A DNA stretch of 64,000 nucleotides from Bilabrum cf. latius. Taxonomy: Eukaryota. Location of the stretch: positions 1,116,001 to 1,180,000 of the forward strand of contig OZ237739.1 in assembly GCA_965178125.1 (NCBI GenBank). Direction: 5' to 3'. Shown here piece by piece: positions 13,501 to 25,480 of this stretch. The notes under the pieces were generated by a model. That model was given only the letters and a program-made list of their open reading frames with translations. It was not told the DNA's origin and ran no database searches. Within the stretch, counting starts at the first letter, position 1. Each line of letters starts with the position of its first letter. The translations under genes and the position numbers were made by a program.

Positions 13501-13815
13501 TGGGCCTGGAGAAATGGCCACCACAGCCTCGCCCGCTTGATCGAAACATACACTCCACGATGGGGCCACATGACTAGGTGGAGGAGGGCAGTGGAGGCCA
13601 AGAGGGACGCGGGAAGGGTGTTCCGAGCGGCGAGCGAGGGCAGGCCTCTGGAGCTGGCCAAGCGGCTGAGGCTGGGCAAGCTGGCAGGCGGGCTGGTGAT
13701 GAGCGGGGAGGTGGAAGATGGGGCGGGCGAGACCAGAGTGGTCGGTCCGCTGCAGGCAGCGAGGCTGGGAGGACATGAGGAGTGCGTGAAGCTCCTAGAG
13801 GGAGTGCTGGGTTGA
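10537..13815 (+). CDS. Ankyrin-repeat protein with one 33-34 aa repeat per exon and a family-specific C-terminal module
   Basis: Exons: 10537-38 (AT of a split ATG), 10670-10802, 10902-11000, 11407-11508, 12073-12171, 12475-12573, 12851-12949, 13049-13147, 13483-13815. Repeats read G.TPLG.AAENGHTAVCELLLSKGA, flanked by (C)AG acceptors and GTGAGT donors in phase 0. One in-frame TAG (12935-37). Ends in TGA. Confidence 0.85.
11205..11305 (+). pseudogene. Degenerate ankyrin pseudo-exon inside an intron of the ankyrin gene
   Basis: Reads SNPLTRAPYSCHPSLCERLLSKGG. It is homologous to the neighbouring exons but has an extra G in the AAAGGGGG run and lacks clean splice sites. Confidence 0.55.
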
Positions 13816-14037
13816 GTTCGGTGTCCACTGGCTTTCGGCCTGCTGAAGGATGTGGACGGGTGGTATCCGTGACATCAATCCAAAACAGATGGCAAGCTCG
13901 ACGGGTTCTGTGAAAGAGACCTGCAGGTGAACCCGCAGCCTATGGTCCCACGAGGGCGCTTTCATGCGGTGCTGCCATCGCTTTCAAGTGAAATATTTTT
14001 AAGTGCATACTCATCCGGATTGAGTTCAAGTCTACTC

Positions 14038-17000
14038 TCAGGCTGTGCCCTCGTCATCCTCTTCTTCAATTTCTTGAAAATCCCTGTCGGAGAGCAAAGA
14101 CTTGCCACCGTGCATGATTGCACCCGCATCACCCTTCCTCGCTGCCATTGACAGCCGTTTCTTGGTCTCCTTCGGAACTGCTGGACTCAGCCAGCTAAGC
14201 TTCTTGGTTAGCTTCGGGGCAGGCGCAGGCATTGAAGCGGCCTGCAGTTGCTACTGAGGTCCTAGCGGCGGTGGAGCAGGAGCTGCCTCGCCTGCTACAG
14301 ACCCACGGTCCCTCGCAGGGGTCGGTGGTCCCACAGAGGATGCCGGTTCCGACAGGGCCACTGTCGGAGGTGGGGGTGGCGTCTCTGCTCGCCCTGCACC
14401 CGGCTGACCGAGACCTGCTGCAAGCTCATCCTCGCCTGTGACGTCAGTGTACTCGGATCCGGAGTCTGTCTCGTACTCCGAGTCCGTCTCTTCTTCAAGC
14501 TCGGCCTGCACGCCGACGGTCACCCGCTCCACCTCGCTCTTGCGCACGTGCCTCTCCAGCTCAACCACAGCCCGCTGCAGCGCAGACCTGAGGGAAGCCT
14601 CTCTGTCGCGACGGAGCTGAGCCGCCACCTTTGCGCGCGCAAGAGACTGTGCTATCTCCTGGGAGCGAGCCGTCTCGTCTTTGGCCTTCTCCTCCAAGGC
14701 GGCCGCCGCCTGCTTTGCCTCCTCTGATTGAGCCGCAGCAGCTTGCGCGGCCTCCTCTGCAGCTGCGATCCTCAAAACTGCATCATCCCTCTCTTGCTAT
14801 GCACGCTTCTCTGCCTCCAGCGCTGCATTCCTCTCAGAGACCACATGCAGAGCGGCGTCGGACCACGGCAGGATTGGCCTGCCGACGGCCAGAGTTCGCT
14901 GTGTCCCGGCGCCGTCTTCCAATCGCGGTCGCATTCCACGGGCAGCCACGTGCGCTGAGAGAAGCAAGCTGGCCTGTGCTTTCCTCGCCCATTGAAGCGC
15001 CAGCTTCTGCTGTTGCATCTCGCGCCTTGCCTCCTCCGTGCGAGCCTGCTCTTGCAGCAGCCTGAATCGCTCCACGGAGTCGTCCTTGGTCGGAGAAGGA
15101 GGTACGGAGGTGATACTGAGCCTTGGGTCCGGCGCGCGCAGTCGCAGCTTCATCTCGGACTTGGAGCGCGTGATCTAGTGCGCCTGCGACTCGCTGCTGA
15201 GCTCGCTGTCCAGCTTAGCCAGTTTCTCCTTCAGCCTGGCGACGTGTCCGTCCAGATCTGCGATCTGGCGTGCTGCAGCCTCCGCGTCCAGCTTGGCTTT
15301 GTGCTAGTCAGTTTCCCGGGCGAGTTTCTCTGCCCTTAAGACGTCGTCATTGGCTGCAAGTAGTCGCTTTTTCTCGTCCTCGAACTGCTACTTGGCATCT
15401 AGCAAGGCCTGCTTGGACTGAGCCTCGGCATCTTCAAGGGCCCTCTGCGCCTTGGCCTGCTCATGTTCAACATCCTTGCTGCAGCGAGCCCGCCATTTCT
15501 CGAGTGCCGCCTCGTGTGCCTCCCGCATCTTGCGCGTCTCTGCGTGGTGCGCCGACCGCACTGCGTCCACCTCTTTGCCTGAGTTCTCGACAAGCCTTGC
15601 AATTTCATCTGCCATATTTTTCTCCGCCGCCTCCATCTCAGCCTTGTGCCGGCGCTCTGCTGAAATGCGGGCCTGGATCGCTTCGCGCTTTGTCGCCTTG
15701 ACAGCATCCTTGCCGTCTTCCACGGCCTTGCCAACCTGCTCGGCTGCCTGATCACGCTCTGCCTGCAGCCGCTTCTCCATTGCCTCCTCGATCTCCTGCA
15801 TTTTGGCAACATGAGACTCCTCCATTGATCTCACGGCATCAGCTTGCTGCTTCAGCGCATCAGCCACGAGCTCCTCTCCGCGTGCTCTCGCCTACTCCAT
15901 CTCTTCGCCGTGCCTTTCCTTCAGCGCCTCTACCTTGCGCTCAAAATCTGCTCGGAGAGAAGCAACGCTCTCCTCGTGTTGCTTCTCGAGAGCCTCCAAC
16001 CGCGCGTCACCGGCCGCGCGCTCCTTTGCTACCGCAGCTTCCACAGCATCCCTGGACTGCTACTCTGCTGCTATGCCTGCCTCTTCGGACTGCAGCTCCA
16101 GCGCCTGCTGGCGAGACTTCCGGAATGCGCCCGCGACGCAGCCCGTCCACGATGCCACCAGGCAGCGTGTGTTGCGCTCGAAAGCCGCTCGCCTCGCCCA
16201 GTTGCGTCGCACGGCATCGGCTGCCTTCCCAGTCGCGTCTCTCTTTGCCAACATCGCGGCGGTCGATGCCGCCTTGCCCACCCTCTGGCTCTGCACAAGG
16301 AGGGCAGTGCTCGCAACGAGACATGCCTGCTGCTTTGGCCTGTGCTCCGCGAGTCCGCGCAATCGTTCCAAGTACTCCCGCTGCCTCGCATCTTCTTCCC
16401 GCCTGTGCTGCTCCTGAGCCTCCCGGTGAGCCTTCGCCTGCATCTGGATCGCCTCGACTGCTTCGTCTCTCTCCTGCTGAGCCCGAGCCACGGAAGCATC
16501 GCAAGCAACTTGCAACTCGTCCAGCCGTGTCTGCATGGCATCCGCTATTTTGGCATGTGTCTCCCGCTCTCGTGACAATTGGGCGAGCAGTCCAGCCTGC
16601 ACCAACGATGTGCTGCTCCTACCTCGGGTCAACGCCGTTCGTGTTGCGAGGTGGGCCTCCTCAAGCTGTGACCTCAGGGCTGACGCAGCCTCCTCGTGGC
16701 GATACTATTCGTCTGCGAGCGCTTGTTCGGTCCTCTGTAAATCGCCGGAGAGGCCTGCTGCCTGTCGCTCTGCTGTTTCCGCTCTGGCTCTCTGACCGCT
16801 CGCCTCAGCTAGGGCTTCGTCCACTTCGGATTGCAGCCTGCGCTTCACGAGCGCAGCCCCAGCCATGTGCAACGATGACACCTGGCGTGCCTTGCGTGCC
16901 GTCGCAAGCGTGTGTTCCTTCTGCACCTGCAGCTCAGCCGCCCACTTCTCCTGCGCCTCTGCATGAGTTGCCCTGATACCGGCGATCGCCATGTTGCTGG

Positions 17001-20000
17001 CCGCCTTGAGTTGCGCCACTGCCTGCTGTGCGGCCGCTTTGTCCGCTCCCCGCGCTTGCTCTGCGTCGCGCTTTTGCTGCTCTAGAGCCGCACGCGCCTG
17101 CTCGAGCTCAATCTCAGTCGCTTCCTTGGCAGCCTTCTGCTCGCTGGCTGCGGCTGCCAGTCGGGTAATCGCAGCGGCAGCGGTGGCATCTGCTTCGGCG
17201 TGAGCCCCGGTGAGGGACCCGGCCCGCCGCACTAGCGGGGCAGCCGAAGAGCGTATCCTGTCAGCGGCTGCCGCGATTCGCTGGCCAAGTGCGACGATGA
17301 GACCGCTTGCTGGGGATGAGTTCGCGTTGTTGGTGTTGCTGCCATCCTCGTTGTCTGCCTTCTCGCCAGACTCGGCTGGAGATCCTGGACTGGCTTGCCC
17401 TGCAGCCTCGGTGCGGGCTTGCTGTGACTTGGACACGGCAGCAGCAATTTTTTGCAGAGACTCCTTGATCTCATGGGGCACCCATTCTCGCACCTTCTCA
17501 TCCTGCGTGGACGCCAGGCACGACTGACCGGGAGTGTATCGGTTGTCAGCCTCGCCGTTGCCTCCATCAGTCGCACCGCCCATTCTAACACCAGCGGCCT
17601 CGTGTAAGTCTCGTCTGGTCTCGTCCCACGCAGCAAGCAGAAGCTCAACGCTGCCATCTAGCTGCTTGACCTGCTCGGCATCGCTCTACCAAGCTGTCGT
17701 TTGGGCCTCCAATCTCGCCTCAAGACCTTCCGCGCGGGCTTTCCACGCTTCAGCCACTGCATTCGCCTCCGTTTTCTTGCGCAGAGCCTCTTCTGCAGCG
17801 CTGCTTGCCTGACTTGCTTGCGCGAGAGCATCTTGCTCCCGCTTAAGAGCCGCATCGGAAGCAGCCCTGGCTGCTTCTTTGGACTCCTCCGCCCGAGCCT
17901 GGGCTGCCTGGGCTGCAGACTCTCTGGATAGCGCCTGCTCTTTTGCCTCCTTGGCTACCTCTGCCAGCTGCCTCTCGTCGGCTGCAAGCTGCTTGGCCTC
18001 GGCTTCGGCCTACTGGCACCGCTTGGCTTGGGCCTCGGCTCCTAGCCTGCCCCGCTGCTCCAGCTCCAGATCCCGCGCGGCCTGCTCTGCGGCGTCTGCA
18101 GCCTACTCCGCCGCTGCTCTGGCTTTGTCCCTCTGCTGCTGCATCGCTGCGAGCCTCTCTTCGTGGAGCTTCTGGGCTTGCTCAAGCTCGGCCCGAGCAT
18201 TCGCCTGCTCCTGCTCTGCCTGCGAGCGCGCCGATTCGAGAGCCTCCTAAGCTGCCCTCGCCTCTTCGGAACGCCTAGCCTCCAGCTTCATGAGCTGCCG
18301 ATCCAGGCCCTTCTTCTCTCGCAGGCGATCGTCCGCCACCTTCCTCGATGCTTCCAGCTTGCCCTCTACATCACGCAGCTGCTGCTCAGCTGCCACGAGC
18401 CGCCTTCGGGTCTGACTCAGGTCCTCCCTGAGATCCTTGGAGGCCTGCTCCCATTGCTCGCGCTCCTCGCCAACGGCAGACCTGAGGTCATCCGCCCTCT
18501 TGATCGCCAGCTCTTCCTGCTCCGAGGCCTGTCTCTGGGCGTCACGAGCGGTATCCAAGGCCTCCTCCGCGGCTTCGGCGCGGCGACGGAACGCGCGCAC
18601 GTTTTCGAGAGCAGCCCGCAAGTCATCCACAGTCCCACCGTGCAAACTGTCACTGCCGGACGAGGGAACTATCGCGTCCGTCTCCTTGCCTTCCGCAGCC
18701 CCATGACTGGCAGCTGGTGCCAGTGCGAAGGCCTCGCCACGAGCCGCTGCTAGCGCCTTGTCAGTGTTTGCTGCAGCCTGCCTCTGCTGGTCGGATAGGT
18801 CCTGCTCCAGCTGTCGCACCTACGCCTTTAGCTGGGCCACCTGCTCTGCAACCCGTTGCGCTCTCCGCTCCGCGTCTGCTCTCTGCGCCTCCACAGCGCG
18901 CACCTGCCCCTGCGAGAGCTCGAGCTGCTTCTTCCCCTGCTTGATCTCCTATCGAAGACGTGCTCTTTCCTGCTCATAGGCAGTCTGCACCGCATGACCC
19001 TTCAGTAGCGATGCAGCTTCCTGGGCCTCGTCTTCGCCCTGGATTTGCGCCCTGTCAGCCGCTCCGCCAGCGGCACCGGAGCCCACGGGGCCTCCGAAGT
19101 CGTCAGGCCTCGATGAAATAGCATCATCGTCACCAGAGCCAGAGGCCTCACCTCGCTGAGCCAATGAAAAACTGGCTCGCTCTAGCTCCCTGGCCATCGC
19201 CAGCCGCTACCGCTCGGAGTCGGCCGCCAGCTGCTCTGCATCTGCAGCCCTTCGCTCCGCTGCAAGGCACCTCTTCCTCAGCTAGTCCACCAGCTGGCCC
19301 TGCGCCTGCAGCAGGTTTTCCCTATCTTCTTGCAGCTGAGCGTGGGCCGCACGGATGCGTGCCACCTCTCGTGTTGCGTCCTCCTGGGCAATGGCAGCTC
19401 GCCTGGTAGCCTCGTCTGCTCGTGCCTGCGCTTCCTCAGCAACGGCCCGCTCGTGCACGGCCCGCGATGTCAGCATCCTAGCGCCGTCCTTGGCCTCATC
19501 CATGATGGCGCGACCCGCCTCTGCCTGCAGATCCACCGCCCTCCGCAGCCGCACCAGCTCCTGGTCCTTGGCTGCCATCTCCCTCGACCTCCGAGCCTCG
19601 ATGTCCGCGTGCCTCTCGTGCAGGTCGTGCAGCGCGTGCACCACTGCCGCCAGCTGTGCCTCCACCGCCCTCCTCCCCGCTAGACTCTCACCTGCCACCC
19701 TCCTGGCAGCCTCCTCCGCCTCCGAGTGCCTCTCGATCGCGTCTTCTAAGGCACCTTGCAGAGAGCCGAGGTCGTTCGCAGCTGCACGAATGAGCTCCCA
19801 CGGACGGGGCCTGCCTTGGCGCACCGATCCAACGGGGGCCGGGGCTCTTCTTGACGTGCTCGCGCCTGCACTGCCCGCCTCTGCCTGCTCCTAGGCAGCC
19901 TCCTAGGCAGCCTGATCCGCCGCCTCGATCAGCGTGTCTTTGAGCCTTCTGATGCCCCTAAGCACCTGCTGCCTGTGCGCTTTGGCTGCATCGCTGGCGG

Positions 20001-21063
20001 CCTGCCCTGCTGCATCCAGGGGATCTGCGGGTCGCGCGCCCGGCCGCATAGAGAGGCCAGTGCTGGCACCATGCCTCTCGCCCCGCTGCACGCTAGAATC
20101 CATGACAGGCACGATGGCGAGACCCGCGCGCTCCCCCACGGGAGATGCTCCCTTGCTTGCCATGGCTGCATCCGCTGGGGATGCAGCATCCTTGAGGCTG
20201 AGCGGGGGCCCTCCAGCGAGGGTGTCTGCTGTGAAGGTGGAGGCCGGGGTTCCCTGCGCTGAAGGTGCAGCTTGCTGCGATGGAGGCTGTCCCCTTGGCG
20301 GGGGCGGGGGAGGTGCCTCGAGCTTGTGCTCGTGCTTGTGCTCGCCTTGGCCGCGGGGCGAATGCGCCATCGTGCCCGTGGGGCTCAGCAGCTGTCCGGG
20401 CTGAATGGATCTAGAAGTAACATTGAAATCGTTGGGCAATCTGTCGTCGTGATCGTCCCCGTGACGCTGGCCAAGGACTTGCTCGCGCAGTCGCCTCGCT
20501 TGCTCCCTCGCCCGTTCGTCTTCGCTCGGACCGCCTGTCGCAAAACGGCCCGTGTGCACCGATGAAGGGGACATCATGAGCATACCCCCACTAGCTTGAG
20601 CTGCAGCAGCCTCTATGCGAACCTGCTCATCAAACTCTGCCTGCGCACGATCTTCTTCATCCTGCGCAGCCTTGGCTCCGCTACGATCGCTCTTGGACAG
20701 AAAGCTCGTGACGTCCATCACTCTGCCGTGATTTGGCGCTCTGGCATCGTTCGCCTAGGAGAAGTATGGGACAGGGCCGGCTTCCAGCCTGGCGGCAATC
20801 CAGGTGTCCACTGCAGCGTCCTGCTCGTCCCGAATGCCTTGCTATCTCTGCTACTTCGACACGGGAGGGCTGCGCGCTGCGCCGGGGCTTCTTGTACGGG
20901 CTTCTGGGTTGCGCTACATTCTAGACGACGTCCAAGCACGTGCTGGACTGGATGGTCTTCGCAGGGCTTCACGCCGCTGTTGCAACTAGATTGCTGCATC
21001 GAGAGAAGCGGCATCACGGGCCCCTGTCGGCCGTCTCTGCGACCTAATACCTTTGCCGCTCAT
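14038..21063 (-). CDS. Giant intronless coiled-coil protein (about 2340 aa) of unknown family, possibly centrosomal or cytoskeletal
   Basis: ORFs ending at 14251, 14797, 15388, 16060, 16705, 18247, 18949, 19282 and 19903 share one frame and are separated only by TAG. A/E/R/Q/K-rich heptad composition. The first ATG after an in-frame TGA is at 21063. Ends in TGA at 14038. Confidence 0.8.
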
Positions 21064-21238
21064 ATCGTCCCCTTGACAGCTCCGCAGCAGCTGAGTGGGC
21101 TCGACTGGTCGATTTTCAGGGTAGGATTGACGCCTTGGGTCGCAGGGAGGTTCCGTTCAGGCGCCTTTGGTCGCAATATCGTACGTGCACGCAACTTTGC
21201 AATGACGCGCAGGCTAACATGTCCTTTACTTTACCACC

Positions 21239-23534
21239 ATGCGAGTCATTGGCTCGGTTCTCTTCTTGTTGTCATCGTTTTGTGTTCATGATGCCATTGC
21301 AGGGGCGAAGGATAAACCCACAATTGTGTAAGAGTTCGCGTGATACGCATGTCTTCAACTGCAACTAGCTCGCTATTCGTTCCCATCGAATCAATCGAAT
21401 GGCATTATGCACACGTTTTTTTGTACTGCAGGCTGATTCATGGTAAGAGGTCAGCACCAACTATTGATGTCATGTCCACGTGCTGGCAGGATCTATTGGA
21501 GCTGTCTGCAGATTCATTTCAATGCCAACACCACAGCTGACGACTTTGGATACGGTGACTTGACTGCAAACGAGCAGCCCTGCGCGCTGGGGAAGCTCTT
21601 CAATGGCACGTGCCCCAACCCGAAGACCACGAATTTGGATACTCTGGCGGCCAACGGAATCAGGTTCACTGATTGGTACGCACCGCACCCGGTGTGCACC
21701 CCTTCCCGGGCTGGTAAGATCGTAACAAAACGATTACGATAGCATGCCCCCACTAGCTGCAACAAATTTGACGTGGATTTCGATTCTACTGTGCTTGTTG
21801 CGCTGCCCTCTCCTTTGTACGCAGGGCTGCACACCGGGAGGTACCCCATTCGGACGGGCGCATTCCCAGGAGTGTTTAACCCATCGTCCTAGAACGGATT
21901 ACCAGGATCCGAGGTGATGCTCCCTAGCCTCCTCAAGGAGCAGGGGTACGCCACTTTCATGGTCGGCAAGTAAGCAGGCAAGGCTAGACTAGATTAGACT
22001 AGTCTCTGGTGCATGCAGCTGGCTTGGATCCCGAGCGCACACTCGCCGCCCAGTGACCCCTATGGCGCCGCATGTATCCCCATCTCTCTACTTCCTTGCC
22101 TTGTGACTCACCCCGCCTCAATGCAGGTGGCACCTGGGCCACGTCAGGAACCCCTACAACGGCGGATACAGGTCCTTCCTTCCCGTGGACAGGGGCTATG
22201 ACTCGTGGAACGGGTTGGCCTTCTCGCACGACTTCTGCCCGTGCCCCGCCAACCTCACGCTGACGGACGATCACACCTGCCGCCCGTCGGATCCCCCGTG
22301 CGCACTGTACGGCGACTACCAGGTCAACCAGCAGCCGGCAGAGCTGTACAACCTCGACAAGATGTACGGCGATTATGCCACTGGCTACATTGACCGTGCG
22401 ATCGCGGAGGACAAGCCGCTCTTCCTCTACCTCGCCCCCCAGCACACCCACCACCCCCAGTTCAGATCGCGCGACGACATCAACGCGTCGGCGCGGATCG
22501 GGGCGCGGCCGGATGCCTTCGGTGACTCGGTGTACGAGATGGACACGATGCTGGGCAAGGTGATCGATCACCTTACCAAGCGGGGTGACCAGCTGGGCGA
22601 CATCCACGTGTTTGCCACATCGGACAACGGGCCTTCTCTGATCAGGCACCAGAACGGCGGCAATCCGGGCTCGCTCAAGTGCGGGAAGGGCACCACTTGG
22701 GAGGGGGGCCAGCGCGTCATGGGGATCTACTGGTCGCACAACGTGCCCAACGCCAGGAAGGGCGTCGTGGAGAACTCCATCGCCTCCACGATCGACCTGC
22801 TCCCGACTGTGTGCAGCATCGTCGGCTGCAAAACGCCGCAGGATCGCCCCATCGACGGCGTGGACCTGTCCCCTCTCCTGTTCACCGGAGACTCTGCCAG
22901 CACGCAGGCGTAGTCCGGCTCAGGGGCAGCTGCCCCTCGCGACCACTTCTTCTACTACGGATTGTCTGGCACGATGCAGGCGGCACGGGTGAGCAAGTAC
23001 AAGGCGCACTTCTTCACGTCCATCTGGGGCACGTCGCCGCCGGAGCTATGCACGCTGGAGGGCTACAAGTTCGGGAACTACAGCGACAGCCCGATCTTGT
23101 TCAACCTGGAGACCGACATCGGGGAGAACCACCCGATCGACAACACCACGCAGGAGTACAAAGAGGCACTTGCCACCATTATGGAAAGGGTCAACAAGCA
23201 CAACTGCTTCAGCCAGAGCGACAGCTGCGCTGGCACGCTCACGGACTACTGCACCGGCCAGGCAGAGACGTGGCCACCCAAGGTGTTCCACCCCTGGACA
23301 CCCAAGTGCCCGCCCGGTCCCAACGATACCCACCACAACTCTGCGGGCCTGCTAGGACAGCGCCAGGCGGTGCTGATCGGCGCCCAGGGCGAGGACGACA
23401 CGCCCCCCACGTGGGGTCCTTCACCGGAGCAGGCCGCTAACCTGCCGGCCTCCGCGGTGATGGCGTTCGCCGAAGTGGATGCGCAGCGGAACGAGGAGCT
23501 CTCACTTCCTCTCAGCCCCTATGCCTTCATGTAA
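21239..23534 (+). CDS. Secreted or lysosomal arylsulfatase (S1 family, ARSA/GALNS-like)
   Basis: Signal peptide [22 protein letters not shown]. Splicing gives [17 protein letters not shown], the formylglycine motif [43 protein letters not shown] and DLLPT. Exons 21239-21327, 21432-21442, 21537-21713, about 21825-21969 and about 22128-23534. TAGs at 21890 and 22911. Ends in TAA. Confidence 0.9.
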
Positions 23535-23720
23535 ATGGGTTATTTAGCTGCGACTGCGCAGGGTTTGAGGCGGGACGTGCGTCCGCGGTTGCGGCGGGGC
23601 CGCGAAGTCGAGAGACCCGCACCAGGATGCCTAGAGCCTACCCCAGATCTTGCCCGTGATTTACACCCCACTGCAGTTTATGGGACTGAAAACACTCCGG
23701 TTACCCCGCATATCCTTGTA

Positions 23721-25226
23721 TTATCCGCATGGCACAGCGGAGTGCTGCTCGCTTGCTGCCCCTTCGAGCAGGTGGATGACCAGGCCCTGCAGCCTGTGCC
23801 TGTTGGTCCCGAAATCCTAGAGGCCGATGCGCTGCTCGGACTGAAACTCCACCGACGTGCGCCCCTGGTAGCAAAACCACCGTATGTGCATGTCGTCGGG
23901 AAAGCCGAGCGTCATGGTCAGTATCTCCACCTGCATGTATCCCTCTCTCTCCTCTAGGATTGTCGCTTGGTACTTGCCCTGCACCCAACTCTACAGGGCC
24001 TCTCGTAGCTGCCATGGGGACCCTGGATACTGCAGCGTGGCAAACCCGCGCTGTCCAAGCCAAACTGGATCTGGGGCGGTCATTACGTCTGAACTGCTGC
24101 TGCTGGCCCCGGCCGCTCGAACCAGCGCCGCTTGCCACCCGTTCGACGTGAGGTCAATGGAGGAGCCTCTGCCTTGCTCACCTCTGCTTTGCTCCCCGCC
24201 GTCACGGGCCGGACATACCTGTCGTTCGGGTCCACCCGCAGCCGTACTGAGTGCCCACCACGCTGCGAGATCCGGCGGCCACACGCTGGCAGGCGCGCTG
24301 TGTCCGCCGATGAATTGGTACAGCTTTTCGTGCAGGGTCTCCGCCTCGGCGCTTCGGTTTTCTCCTGCAACGGTGTTCCCTGGCCCTTCCTCCTCGCTGG
24401 CACTAGCACCAGACATAGCAGCTTGCGTTCCTCTGCCAAAGAATCGCTGGCCGTCTGGCAGCTGCTTGGCCCTCGGCTCCCCACCTCCAGGCTGTGACGG
24501 GGGTCCACCTCGCAGCAGAAGGAGAGCGCGCTGGCCAGCGTCAGTCGAGCCGGACTCCGTCGCAAGAGGCCCCTCAGGCTGAGTCCCGCCATGGTCGCAA
24601 TCGGCTTCATGCAGTGCCGAGGTGGCGAGGTACCATGCGTACTGCGACCATTCTTCGGGGGTTCTCTGCAGGAATGCAGTAGCCGGCTGTGCTAGGGCTG
24701 CCTCCGTCCACGTCGCATTGCCGAGAGACAGCCTGGCGCAGCCGCTCAGCACAGTGCACCCGTCCGGGAACCTGCCCTAGGATGGCGCATGCGGCAAGCT
24801 CAAGAGTACATGCATTCGAACTGCCGTCATGAGCAGACAGAGCGTTGTCGCTAGTGAAACACACGTCCATAGCCCGCCTTGTACACAAATGTGCAACGGC
24901 AGCCCCGTGCGAGCAATCCGTTGTTGTGCAGCAGCAAAGGTGCACATCATAAACCCAAGAATAACTCCAGTATAGAATCTGGACGCAGCAGAGAGAGCCA
25001 GGCACACAGCTCCAGCTATAGCCGTGATTAGAAACACCGAGCTCATATGAAGGCCCGCAACGTTTCTCCATTGCGGGGGATACACCCAAATTTTTGGCCA
25101 TAACTGCTGCATCTAAGAGGTACAAGACTCATTTTCATATTGGTCACCTTGCGTGCTCTGGCGTTCCTGCTCAATATCGTCCGTTCGTCTAGCGGAAACT
25201 CGTCTCAACGAACTGCGGCTGTTCAT
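23721..25226 (-). CDS. Membrane-anchored DUF1499-like protein (about 501 aa)
   Basis: Single frame through TAGs at about 25113, 24777, 23991 and 23817. N-terminal TM helices. The C-terminus YMQVEILTMTLGFPDDMHIRW...EFQSEQRIGL[TAG]DFGTNRHRL resembles the DUF1499 pattern 'GFxDD...SRxGxSDxGxNxxR'. Ends in TAA. Confidence 0.65.
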
Positions 25227-25480
25227 ACACGCTGATGTATCAAATTAAGAAACTTGATCCAATTTAGGGGTACTATAGCCTTAGTATGTGCAAAATTTGC
25301 GCTATGATACCGCTAGCTCTGTAGTGCGAGCGTAAGTCCTCCTGATGTTGGACACGTCGCCGTGACGCTTGGGGATGGGGATCCGAGGTGTGACGAGTGT
25401 CAGTGGTCATTTTATGAAGATGAAGATAATAATATACAGGCGCTCGCCTCCGCCCCAAAAAAGCATATTCAAGCCGTGAC

